A DNA stretch of 52,123 nucleotides from Bacillota bacterium (lineage in GTDB: Bacteria; Bacillota; Bacilli; Alicyclobacillales; SLC66), in contig JAJZCL010000001.1 of the NCBI GenBank assembly GCA_021846165.1, positions 1-52,123 on the forward strand, given 5' to 3'. Position numbers and translations under genes: made by a program. The notes beneath the pieces are model-generated. The model was given only the letters and a program-made list of their open reading frames with translations, had not been told where the DNA came from and did not search any database. Positions 39,650 to 49,181 of the stretch are shown piece after piece (position 1 is the first letter of the stretch; every line of letters starts with the position of its first letter).

Positions 39650-39713
39650 TCAGTGAGTAAGAGCTTTGTGTCATATCGCAGAGCAGTACCCTCTGTTCAG
39701 ACTCAATCCTCGT

Positions 39714-39932
39714 CTATGGGTAAGATCCCGAAAATGTTGCGTATCGAAATTGCAATTGCTTCAGATGATATGCCAATAACAAAGCGGTTGTCATGATTTT
39801 CGAAAGAACCTCCTGAAGACTGTGGGTTCGTCCCTCTGGTTCCAACAATTGTAGCAGGAGCGAGAAGCGGACAGACATGCGATCCCGTTCTGACTTTTGT
39901 CTTTCACGCATCTTAGCATGTACAGCGATCAC
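39714..39932 (-). pseudogene. Possible degenerate gene or transposase C-terminal fragment
   Basis: Short ORF without a clear RBS; segment KIMTTALLLAYHLKQL loosely recalls DDE transposase C-termini. Confidence 0.2.
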
Positions 39933-40110
39933 TTCATTTTGGGTTTTATCACTATGATGAACGGAATGAAGCCATGTTGAACTGGGATGAGCCTATTTTT
40001 CTCGTGGTCAAAAGTTCATTTCGCGCGTAAAGATAATTTTAAATCTTCATCCATATAATCGTTGACAATGAATCAATTATCGGCTGTGATTTCCAATCGG
40101 AGGTGCCAAA

Positions 40111-41319
40111 TTGAGTTCGTATAGCTATATTTCGCATTTAGAGTGTTCATTTTGTGGTACTGAGTACAAAGCGGATTCAAACATTCAGATCTGCGCTTCA
40201 TGCGAGCATCCACTTTTTGTTCGATATGACCTTGCTACCATGAAAAAAAGCATTTCCCGTGATGCACTTGCTGACAGACCGCAAAACTTCTGGCGATATC
40301 ATGAACTGTTGCCTGTGTTGCACCAAGAAAACATCGTGTCTATGAACGAACCATTCTCCCCCATTATCAAGCTGTCCGAATCCGGAAGCGATATGGGGAT
40401 CACTAGGTTATTCGCTAAAGACGAAGGTGTATTACCTTCCGGTACGTTTAAGGCTCGCGGCGCATCCATCGGCGTTTCCAAGGCCAAGGAGATAGGGGTG
40501 CGCGCCATCGGCATTCCAACTAACGGGAACGCTGGCGCTGCGTGGGCGCTTTACGCCGCTAAGGCGGGCATTCCCATCACCGTGGTCATGCCGAACACTG
40601 CGCCTGTCACCCCGCAAAAGGAGTGCCTGATTGCAGGCGCCAACCTGTACGTGATCGACGGAACCATTGCGGATGCCGGAAAAACACTCTCCCACATCAT
40701 CGATGCCGATTCGTGGTATGACGTTTCCACGCTCAAGGAACCCTATCGCCTGGAAGGCAAGAAAACGATGGGTTTCGAAATCGCCGAGCAGTTGGGCTGG
40801 AAGGTTCCAGACGTGATCGTTTATCCTACTGGCGGCGGCGCAGGTGTCATCGGAATTTATAAAGCGTTTCAAGAACTTCAGGAGCTTGGGTGGCTGGAAA
40901 AACGCATGCCCCGATTTGTTGTTGTCCAAGCCTCCGGATGCGCACCACTTGTCCGCGCATATGATCGTGGCGATCTGTTTTCTGAGGAGTGGCAAAACCC
41001 AGAAACGATCGCATTTGGCATGCGCGTCCCTAAGGCACTCGGCGACTATCTCATCCTTGACGTGATCAAGCAAACTCACGGCATTGCGATCAGCGTCAAT
41101 GATCGCGCCATTCAAGCGGAACGAGAAAACGTCGTCCGCAAGGACGGATTGCACGCCAGTCCGGAAGGCGCGGCTGGCATTGCGGGAGTGCGCAAGCTGC
41201 GTTCACAAGGTTGGATCCGCCCAGACGATACAGTACTCGTCATGAACACTGGTTCCGGACTCAAATACACAGACCAGATCACCGCCAAACCCAAAGCGTT
41301 TTCCTACTCCACAACGTAA
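40111..41319 (+). CDS. Threonine synthase-like PLP enzyme (fold type II)
   Basis: N-terminal CxxC...CxxC, PSGTFKARG, TNGNAG, EPYRLEGKKT, PTGGG, NTGSGLK; GGAGG RBS before TTG. Confidence 0.9.
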   Translation: MSSYSYISHLECSFCGTEYKADSNIQICASCEHPLFVRYDLATMKKSISRDALADRPQNFWRYHELLPVLHQENIVSMNEPFSPIIKLSESGSDMGITRLFAKDEGVLPSGTFKARGASIGVSKAKEIGVRAIGIPTNGNAGAAWALYAAKAGIPITVVMPNTAPVTPQKECLIAGANLYVIDGTIADAGKTLSHIIDADSWYDVSTLKEPYRLEGKKTMGFEIAEQLGWKVPDVIVYPTGGGAGVIGIYKAFQELQELGWLEKRMPRFVVVQASGCAPLVRAYDRGDLFSEEWQNPETIAFGMRVPKALGDYLILDVIKQTHGIAISVNDRAIQAERENVVRKDGLHASPEGAAGIAGVRKLRSQGWIRPDDTVLVMNTGSGLKYTDQITAKPKAFSYSTT

Positions 41320-41356
41320 TTGGAGCGACAATCGACAGATAAGGGGATACACCACC

Positions 41357-42790
41357 ATGAGTTCCAATGCGAAAAGCAGCTTCATCGCTGGCGAGTGGCG
41401 ATACAACAACGTTCAGGAGGAACTACTCGTCACTGTCCGCAACCCATGGAACGAAGACATTGTCTTTACTTATACGGAAGCCAGTCAGAGGGAGATAGAC
41501 GAGGCGGTACAGGTTGCGCAATCTGCGGCAGATCACCCGATCCCGCCGCGTGAAAGAGTTGCCATTTTGTCAAATGTAGCCGATCTTTTGTCTGACCGCA
41601 AGGAACAAGCAGCCACTTTGCTCACACAGGAAACGGGCAAGCCAATCCGCGACGCCAGACTTGAAGTGGAACGTGCCGTTTTGAACTATCGCGCATCCGC
41701 GCAGGAAGCGGCGCGTCAGCAAGGGTACACAGAAGCACAGGACGCCCCCGACGGAGAACGCATTTTCAGCATCACAGTAAAGGAACCGCTGGGTGTCGTG
41801 TGCGCCATTACTCCTTTTAACTTTCCCATTAATATTACATCTTTAAAAATTGGTCCTGCTCTGGCTGCGGGCAATGCCGTCATCTTAAAACCCGCCGACG
41901 CAACTCCCGCCACAGGCGCTTTCATTGTTGAACTGATGAAGGAGGGGGGATTGCCAAGTGGCTACCTCAATCTCGTCTACGGTGGCGCCAGCGTGGGCAA
42001 AGCGCTTGTGGCCAACCCGCACATCGCCCTTTATACGTTTACGGGCAGCGTCCCTGTTGGTGAGGAGATTAAGAAGAATTGCGGATTGCGACCTGTCATT
42101 CTTGAGCTTGGTTCTAACGCGCCGAATATCGTTCACCATGACGCAGACTTAGAAGCGGCGGTTCAAGCGCTAGTCAAGGCGGCTTACTCATTCGCCGGTC
42201 AAGTGTGCGTGTCGGCGCAGCGCATCTTCGTCCATCAAGCGATTTTCGACTCGTTTCTGGAGCGTTTTGTCACACGCGTGAAGGCCTTAAACATCGGTGA
42301 TCCGCTGGACGACTCTACTGAGGTGGGCCCGCTTATTAACGCGCATGCAGCGCTTCGCATTGAACGCTGGGTGAGTGAGGCGGTCGCACAAGGGGCGGTT
42401 TCGTTAACGGGAGGGGAGAGGCACGGCAGGTTGATGGCGCCTGTCGTATTGACCAACGTCAAGCCCGACATGGATGTGATGAGCAAGGAGCTTTTTGGTC
42501 CTGTCGTCAACATTTTATCGTACCAGACAGTCGATGAGGTCATCGCACGATGCAACGATAGCGATTTCGGTTTGCAAGCGGGGGTATTTACCAACGACCT
42601 GCAATTCGCGTTTGCGGTTGCCCACGGTCTCAAGATCGGCAGCGTGAACATCAATCAGTCGTCAACCGCGCGACCTGATTCGATGCCTTACGGTGGGATC
42701 AAAAACAGCGGCATCGGCAAAGAGGGGTCGCGTCCGTCAGTCGATTACATGAGCCACACCAAAGTCATTACCATACGCCACAAAATCTGA
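41357..42790 (+). CDS. NAD(P)-dependent aldehyde dehydrogenase
   Basis: ITPFNFP, FTGS, LELGSN (catalytic Glu), GQVCVS (catalytic Cys), ELFGP. Confidence 0.93.
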   Translation: MSSNAKSSFIAGEWRYNNVQEELLVTVRNPWNEDIVFTYTEASQREIDEAVQVAQSAADHPIPPRERVAILSNVADLLSDRKEQAATLLTQETGKPIRDARLEVERAVLNYRASAQEAARQQGYTEAQDAPDGERIFSITVKEPLGVVCAITPFNFPINITSLKIGPALAAGNAVILKPADATPATGAFIVELMKEGGLPSGYLNLVYGGASVGKALVANPHIALYTFTGSVPVGEEIKKNCGLRPVILELGSNAPNIVHHDADLEAAVQALVKAAYSFAGQVCVSAQRIFVHQAIFDSFLERFVTRVKALNIGDPLDDSTEVGPLINAHAALRIERWVSEAVAQGAVSLTGGERHGRLMAPVVLTNVKPDMDVMSKELFGPVVNILSYQTVDEVIARCNDSDFGLQAGVFTNDLQFAFAVAHGLKIGSVNINQSSTARPDSMPYGGIKNSGIGKEGSRPSVDYMSHTKVITIRHKI

Positions 42791-42821
42791 ATCGGATTAT
42801 CAATGAAAGAAGGCAACCGCA

Positions 42822-44195
42822 ATGAGTATTGTGGAAGAAGAAGCTTCACTCCCTTTATACGCCTTAAAAGACAACGACCGTAAGCACGTATGGCACTCTT
42901 TTGCGCCACTCGCCGGGGAGGCCTGGATGGTCAATCACGCAAAAGAGGAATACGTAACCGATATTGACGGTCAACGTTACCTTGACGCCATGTCTGGACT
43001 TTGGTGTGTCAACGCGGGATACGGTCAGGAACGAATTGCAAAAAAGGTGTATGAGCAAATGGTTCAACTGTCCTATTATCCCATGACGGCCGCGCACATC
43101 CCCGGCGCAAAGTTGGCGAAAAAGCTCAATGAGTGGCTAGGTGCCCCCTATCGAATTTTTTATGGTAACAGCGGTTCAGAGGCCAATGAGGCGGCATTCA
43201 AGATCGCCCGCCAATACCACTTTCTAAAGGGAAATCCCACGAAATACAAAATCATTTCCCGTTACCGTGCTTACCATGGTTCGACAATGGGGGCGTTATC
43301 GGCAACGGGTCAACAACAGCGAAAATACGGGTTTGAACCCATGGTGCCCGGCTTTCTGCATGTGCATCCGCCGGATCCATATCGAGACTTTGCGGAAGAC
43401 CACCTCGACGAGTACGGTGAACGCTTGGCTCGCGACCTCGAACGAACCATCCTTTGGGAGGGATCTGAGACAATCGCCGCCATGATCATGGAACCGTTTA
43501 TCACAGGCGGTGGCATTTTGATTCCGCCGCCGAACTATTTGCCACTCGTGGCCGAAATTTGTCGCAAGCACGACATTTTGTTGATCATCGATGAGGTCAT
43601 TAATGGATTTGGTCGCACAGGCAAAAACTTTGGCTTTCAGCACAGTTTGGTGACCCCGGATATGGTTACGATGGCGAAAGGAATCACTAGCGCATACTTG
43701 CCATTATCCGCTGTGGCCGTGCGCCCGGAAATTTACGAAGTATTTGAAGCGGCTGATGGAGAATACGCACGTTTTCGCCACGTCAACACGTTTGGCGGAC
43801 ACCCGGTCAGTTGCGCCGCCGCACTTGAGAACTTAGCCATCTTCGAGGAGTGGAATCTGGTTCATCGCTCAAAAACGATGGGAGCCATCTTGTTGGAAGG
43901 CCTAAACGACCTAAAAACACTGCCGATTGTAGGAGATGTCAGGGGGATCGGACTCCTAGCGGGTATCGAACTCGTGATTGACCGCAATACGCGCGAACCG
44001 TTGCCTGCAGCGCAAGTGGCCGCCATCGTCGGATCCTGCAAGACAGCCGGTGTGATTATCGGCAAAAACGGGGACACCGTGGCAGGGTTGAATAACGTCA
44101 TTACCGTTGCGCCGCCACTCACGGTCAGTGAAGAACAAATCGCCACGATTGTTGATGTATTGCGATCCGCGATCGCCGCGAATTTGCTGTCATAA
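42822..44195 (+). CDS. Class III (omega) aminotransferase, YhxA/taurine/beta-alanine type
   Basis: SGLWCVNAGYG, SGSEANE, AYHG, DEVINGFGRTG, TMAKG, RHVNTFGG. Confidence 0.92.
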   Translation: MSIVEEEASLPLYALKDNDRKHVWHSFAPLAGEAWMVNHAKEEYVTDIDGQRYLDAMSGLWCVNAGYGQERIAKKVYEQMVQLSYYPMTAAHIPGAKLAKKLNEWLGAPYRIFYGNSGSEANEAAFKIARQYHFLKGNPTKYKIISRYRAYHGSTMGALSATGQQQRKYGFEPMVPGFLHVHPPDPYRDFAEDHLDEYGERLARDLERTILWEGSETIAAMIMEPFITGGGILIPPPNYLPLVAEICRKHDILLIIDEVINGFGRTGKNFGFQHSLVTPDMVTMAKGITSAYLPLSAVAVRPEIYEVFEAADGEYARFRHVNTFGGHPVSCAAALENLAIFEEWNLVHRSKTMGAILLEGLNDLKTLPIVGDVRGIGLLAGIELVIDRNTREPLPAAQVAAIVGSCKTAGVIIGKNGDTVAGLNNVITVAPPLTVSEEQIATIVDVLRSAIAANLLS

Positions 44196-44215
44196 TGTAG
44201 TGTTCAAAATGGATT

Positions 44216-44264
44216 CCGGCTTCACCGATTTAGTTCCGTCGGAAGGAAGCCGGTTTGACTTTTT
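44216..44264 (+). terminator. Terminator-like hairpin after the aminotransferase gene
   Basis: ccggcttc...gaagccgg followed by TTTGACTTTTT. Confidence 0.55.
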
Positions 44265-44346
44265 GGCCATCATTTCATACCGAATCATTATTTTATACTT
44301 TACTTGCAATAATAATGCCTTTACAATGTTCGAGGAGGTCGATCTT

Positions 44347-44724
44347 ATGTTTCGTGAAATCTGCAAAGGCAAAATTCACCGCGCGACAGTCACTGAAGCG
44401 AGGCTTGATTACGTGGGCAGCATCACCATTGACCGCGCCCTGATGGATGCCGTAAATTTGCGTCCCTATGAAATGGTGCAGGTGACGAACGTAGCAAATG
44501 CTGCGCTGTGGCGAACGTACGCGATTCCGGCTGAAGCTGGCTCGGGGACAATTTGCCTGAACGGACCACCGGCGCGTCTGTTTCAACCGACAGACTTGGT
44601 CATTATCCTGTCGTTAGCGACAGTGACGGATGAAGAGTATGAGCAAACGACGGCGAACGTGGTTCACGTTGATGAAAAAAACCAAATTTCGAGAATAGAG
44701 TCCCATCGCTTATGGGAGCTGTAA
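44347..44724 (+). CDS. panD: Pyruvoyl-dependent decarboxylase of the PanD family (atypical active site)
   Basis: KIHRATVT, YVG/SITID self-cleavage site, TY58; GAGGAGG RBS. Confidence 0.88.
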   Translation: MFREICKGKIHRATVTEARLDYVGSITIDRALMDAVNLRPYEMVQVTNVANAALWRTYAIPAEAGSGTICLNGPPARLFQPTDLVIILSLATVTDEEYEQTTANVVHVDEKNQISRIESHRLWEL

Positions 44725-44735
44725 TCGGAAAACTT

Positions 44736-44769
44736 CGGGCTGGTCGATGTACCATCCAGCCCGTTTTTT
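44736..44769 (+). terminator. Intrinsic terminator after panD
   Basis: cgggctgg...ccagcccg-TTTTTT. Confidence 0.8.
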
Positions 44770-44788
44770 GTCATGTGACCGGCCAACA

Positions 44789-44989
44789 TTATAGACTGGC
44801 ATCACCGTTGAGAATCAGTTCGGCAAGGCGATACAACACAGAAGGGCTCACCACCTCTTGTTTGCCGAGTACTGGGTGAATCGTATACGCTTGTGCAATC
44901 CACCTTCTTCCGCTCACCTTACGCAGGCCGATAGCGGTAAAAGTGACGCCTTCCATTAACACCTCAATTGGAAATTTAGGGACATCCAT
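44789..44989 (-). CDS. Hypothetical 66-aa protein
   Basis: ATG preceded by AAGGAAGTGGAG; TATAAT upstream; fills the intergenic gap. Confidence 0.5.
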   Translation of the reverse strand: MDVPKFPIEVLMEGVTFTAIGLRKVSGRRWIAQAYTIHPVLGKQEVVSPSVLYRLAELILNGDASL

Positions 44990-45228
44990 AACTCCACTTC
45001 CTTTTGCGCTCACCAACACATCATCACTTACATTATAGACTTATCTAACCCTTCCCATGAAGTGTGAAGTTCACAGATTGTTTGTGAATCATTATATTCT
45101 AGTGTACAATTTCTTAAATGCGTTTTTCGGGCAACAGTTCCATCTATACGTTCAGCATAAAGTGAGTTTTAAGGAAGCTTTGGTATATTGAAGACTGCTA
45201 ACGATGATCATTATTTTGGGGTGAACAT

Positions 45229-46377
45229 ATGCGTATATTGATCACAGGGGGAGACGGTTTTTGCGGTTGGCCCACTGCGTTGTACTTATCCCGTCAGGGT
45301 CACCAGATCGCCATTCTTGACAACGAGATGAGGCGAGAGTGGGATCACGAACTCGGCATCGGATCTTTAATTCCCCTTCCTACCATGGAAGAACGAGTCG
45401 CCGAATGGCAGAAGCACACGACTAGCCCATTTCGCGCCTATCACGTCGATATGCGCGATTATGACGCTCTGGCGACTGCCATCATTGAATTTCAGCCGGA
45501 GGCAATCGTCCACTTTGCGGAACAGCGCTCAGCACCTTATTCTATGATTGATCGAGATCATGCGATCTTCACGCAAACCAACAATATCATCGGCACGCTG
45601 AACCTGCTCTACATCATGAAAGAGATCGCACCCGATTGCCACCTCATCAAGTTGGGCACAATGGGCGAATACGGAACTCCGAACATTGACATTGAAGAAG
45701 GCTACTTAACGATTGAGTACAAAGGTCGCACAGACACACTGCCATACCCGAAGCAACCTCCGTCAATGTACCACCTGTCTAAGGTTCACGACACCCACAA
45801 CATTGCGTTTGCGTGCCGGTCGTGGAACCTGCGCGCGACCGATCTGAACCAGGGAGTGGTTTACGGGGTACAGACCGAAGAAACGCTCACGCACCCGCTT
45901 CTCACCAATCGTTTTGACTACGATGAAGTGTTCGGAACCGCGTTGAACCGCTTTTGCGTGGAGGCAGCCGTGGCGCATCCGTTAACTGTGTATGGTCAGG
46001 GCGGACAGACCCGCGGCTTCATCAACATCAAAGACACCGTCCGCTGCATTGAGATCGCTGCCTTAAACCCCGCACAACCAGGGGAGATGCGAGTGTACAA
46101 CCAGTTTACCGAGGAGTTCTCTGTTCAGGATCTGGCGAATCGGGTTCAGCATGCGGCGCAAGGCCTGGGTTTCAACGCGAGTATCGACCATTTGACGAAT
46201 CCGCGCGTTGAATTGGAACAGCATTATTATCATGCGGCGCACACCAAATTGATTGAACTGGGACTCGAACCCCACCTTCTTAACGAAGAGGAGATCCGTA
46301 CCATCATCCAAATGGCAATCGCGCAAAAGGATCGTGTACGGATGGAAAAAATCAAACCTACCGTCACATGGCGGTAA
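45229..46377 (+). CDS. sqdB: UDP-sulfoquinovose synthase (SQD1/SqdB/Agl3)
   Basis: GGDGFCGWPTAL, HFAEQRSAPYSM, KLGTMGEYGTP, YHLSKVHD, ATDLNQGVVYG, NPRVE. Confidence 0.95.
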   Translation: MRILITGGDGFCGWPTALYLSRQGHQIAILDNEMRREWDHELGIGSLIPLPTMEERVAEWQKHTTSPFRAYHVDMRDYDALATAIIEFQPEAIVHFAEQRSAPYSMIDRDHAIFTQTNNIIGTLNLLYIMKEIAPDCHLIKLGTMGEYGTPNIDIEEGYLTIEYKGRTDTLPYPKQPPSMYHLSKVHDTHNIAFACRSWNLRATDLNQGVVYGVQTEETLTHPLLTNRFDYDEVFGTALNRFCVEAAVAHPLTVYGQGGQTRGFINIKDTVRCIEIAALNPAQPGEMRVYNQFTEEFSVQDLANRVQHAAQGLGFNASIDHLTNPRVELEQHYYHAAHTKLIELGLEPHLLNEEEIRTIIQMAIAQKDRVRMEKIKPTVTWR

Positions 46378-46405
46378 CCACTTTACTCGTGTCTGGGGGA
46401 TTCTC

Positions 46406-46849
46406 GTGATTCGAACCGCTAGACTTTGGTTGCTGAGGTTACGCTCTCTCCGGTACTTAAAGTTTTTGCTTGTTGGCATACTAAATGCCGGAGTCGATCT
46501 TGCCGTCCTGAACCTGTTGTTGGTAATCAGACCGACAAAGTCGCCCTATTTACTGATTGTATATAACACCATTGCCGTGGTTTGCGCGATTGCCACCAGT
46601 TATGAGATTAACCGACGATGGACGTTTTCTGACCGCAGCAAAAATCGCAAAAGGGAGCAAAGGCTTTTTTTTGCGCAGGGAATCCTAAATGTTGCCGTTA
46701 ACAACGGCGCACTGGTATTTATTTCGCGCGTCATGTATTCTTTTAATATCTCTTTCATCATCAGCAGCAACCTTTCCAAGGTTTTCGCCATGGCGATATC
46801 TTCTGGTTTGAGTTATGTGATACTTCGTCATTTTGTTTATCACGCCTAG
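46406..46849 (+). CDS. GtrA-family small flippase-like membrane protein
   Basis: KFLLVGILNAGVD, SYEINRRWTF; four TM segments. Confidence 0.85.
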   Translation: MIRTARLWLLRLRSLRYLKFLLVGILNAGVDLAVLNLLLVIRPTKSPYLLIVYNTIAVVCAIATSYEINRRWTFSDRSKNRKREQRLFFAQGILNVAVNNGALVFISRVMYSFNISFIISSNLSKVFAMAISSGLSYVILRHFVYHA

Positions 46850-46890
46850 CTGAACACTGCGGACAGGCGCACAGCTCAGGAGGTTTGGCA

Positions 46891-48120
46891 GTGAAAATCG
46901 CTTTGTTTACAGAAACATTTTTACCATCCACTGACGGTATCGTCACGCGGCTATTGGCAACCATTGATTATTTGATCGATTCTGGTCATGCATTAGCCAT
47001 TATCGCTCCTTATGGGGCGCCTAAACTGTACAAAGGGATACCTATCCTGTCCATCAGCGGGTTTCCTTATCCTTTTTATCCACAGCTTAAGTTCTGCCCT
47101 CCTAGCAGGTCAATGGGGGCGTTTTTAAGAGAGTTTCAACCAGACTTGATTCATGTCATCAACCCTGTTGTACTTGGACTTGGTGGCATTTTTTACGCTA
47201 AAAAGATGCGCATTCCGCTTGTCGCCTCATTCCATACTCACCTCGCCAAGTACGCGCAAACATATAATTTGCCTTTTCTTGCTCCTGTAGCATGGCACTA
47301 CCTACGGTTCATTCACAACCTGGCGTCCGTTAACCTTGCCACATCCCAAGCAATGGTTCGTGAATTATCCGGAAGAAGGTATCGGAATGTGCGTTGGTGG
47401 GAAGGAGGCGTGGATACTGAACTCTTTCACCCGCGCTTTCAATCTGAAACCATGCGCAGCACGCTAACGGACGGTCACCCAGAAAATTTTATTCTATTGT
47501 ATGTCGGAAGACTGGCACACGAAAAAAATCTCGCTCAGATCCGTCCACTTTTAGACGCGATCCCCAACTTAAGTGTCGCATTTATCGGCGACGGCCCTGC
47601 GAGAATCAAATTAGGACAAGCCTTCTCAGGCTCTAAGGCGAAGTTTTTCGGGTTTTTGCATGGCGAGGAATTGGCATCGGCATACGCTTCCGCGGATGCG
47701 TTTATTTTCCCATCGACAACGGAAACACTGGGGCTGGTTTTGCTGGAAGCGATGTCTTCGGGTCTTCCTGTCATCGCGGCGGAAAGCGCTCCAACCATCG
47801 AACTGTTTCAAAACCAAGAATTAGGCATCGTTTATCGTTCAGGAAATATGTCATCTCTGATCGAGGCGGTGCGGTTGCTAATGGCGCAGCCTGATTTACG
47901 CAACCGGATGAGCCTTAACGCCAGAAGCGCCGCTCAGACTCGCAATTGGATAGCGCCGACTCAGCGGCTTGTTCATTACTATGGAGCCGCAATGCGCGCT
48001 CACCGTATTTTCCATGCGAAATCCAGTCAATCCCATGCAAGAGTCAACGAAAATTATTACAAATCTAATCTCGGAACCCGTCGGGGTGATGAAGGTGCCA
48101 ATTCCATGCGGATTCAATGA
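46891..48120 (+). CDS. sqdX: GT4 glycosyltransferase, SqdX/SQD2-like
   Basis: IALFTETFLP..DGIVTRL, YVGRLAHEKN, FPSTTETLGLVLLEAM; in the sqdB operon. Confidence 0.8.
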   Translation: MKIALFTETFLPSTDGIVTRLLATIDYLIDSGHALAIIAPYGAPKLYKGIPILSISGFPYPFYPQLKFCPPSRSMGAFLREFQPDLIHVINPVVLGLGGIFYAKKMRIPLVASFHTHLAKYAQTYNLPFLAPVAWHYLRFIHNLASVNLATSQAMVRELSGRRYRNVRWWEGGVDTELFHPRFQSETMRSTLTDGHPENFILLYVGRLAHEKNLAQIRPLLDAIPNLSVAFIGDGPARIKLGQAFSGSKAKFFGFLHGEELASAYASADAFIFPSTTETLGLVLLEAMSSGLPVIAAESAPTIELFQNQELGIVYRSGNMSSLIEAVRLLMAQPDLRNRMSLNARSAAQTRNWIAPTQRLVHYYGAAMRAHRIFHAKSSQSHARVNENYYKSNLGTRRGDEGANSMRIQ

Positions 48121-49060
48121 TGGATGCCAAATCCTGATACTTTGGTTCCCACTTTAATGCCACCTTGGCTAGGTCTGAGGACGCAACGAGTACGGCTGGA
48201 TCGCCACTTCTCCGTTCGCCCACCAGATAGTGAATCTCGCGTTTCGTTACCGCACGCGCAGCGTGAATCACATCAAATACCGAATACCCTGTTCCGATCC
48301 CTAAATTAAACGCTTCCGCGCCCACCACGCGATGACGCAGTCTTTTCAGCGCAAGCCGATGAGCGCTCGCCAAATCCATGACATGGATGTAATCGCGAAT
48401 GCACGACCCGTCTGCTGTAGGATAATCATTTCCAAAAACAGTGAAATGACTGCGCACGCCGAGCGCTGTTTGCAGTAGAAGCGGAATCAGGTGAGTTTCA
48501 TGCATGTGATGTTCTCCAATTGGCAGTGTCGGGTGCGCACCCGCCGCATTGAAATACCTTAGACTGATCGATTGCATGCCATATGCGGAATAACACCAGT
48601 ACAGCATGCGTTCGATGGCCAGCTTGGTTTCGCCGTATGGATTCGTTGGTCGTTTGGGATGATTTTCGCCAATTGGGATCGCCTCCGGTTCGCCGTACGT
48701 TGCTGCTGTAGATGAAAATACGATCCTCATCACGCCAGCTTCCACCATTGCTGCGAGTAATTCAGCGGTACCCGCCACATTGTTTTGATAATAAGTCAGC
48801 GGTACACGCACGCTTTCCCCCACTTGCGAGTAGGCGGCAAAATGAACGACCGATTCGATGGTGTGGCTACGCATCACATGCACCAGCGCGTCCCGATCCC
48901 TAATGTCAAAATGATAAAAAGGAACATTAAGCGCCCGTACCGCTTCCTCGTGCCCCAAACCAAGGTTGTCGATCACCACGACTTCTTCGCCGTGTTCCAA
49001 TAATTCGGCCACTGTGTGACTGCCAATATACCCAGCACCGCCTGTCACCATGATCGTCAC
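48065..49060 (-). CDS. galE: UDP-glucose 4-epimerase
   Basis: VTGGAGYIGSH, FSSTAATYG, PYGETK, LRYFN, IRDYIHV. Confidence 0.95.
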   Translation of the reverse strand: MTIMVTGGAGYIGSHTVAELLEHGEEVVVIDNLGLGHEEAVRALNVPFYHFDIRDRDALVHVMRSHTIESVVHFAAYSQVGESVRVPLTYYQNNVAGTAELLAAMVEAGVMRIVFSSTAATYGEPEAIPIGENHPKRPTNPYGETKLAIERMLYWCYSAYGMQSISLRYFNAAGAHPTLPIGEHHMHETHLIPLLLQTALGVRSHFTVFGNDYPTADGSCIRDYIHVMDLASAHRLALKRLRHRVVGAEAFNLGIGTGYSVFDVIHAARAVTKREIHYLVGERRSGDPAVLVASSDLAKVALKWEPKYQDLASIIESAWNWHLHHPDGFRD

Positions 49061-49181
49061 GTAGATTCCTCCATGCATCCTATGCTAATCCTCAATGTAC
49101 CACATCAAATCTTTTTGTGACGCGGTATAATATCTCTGATATGAATCTTCGACAACAAATGATAGGTTTGGAGGAAGATCG

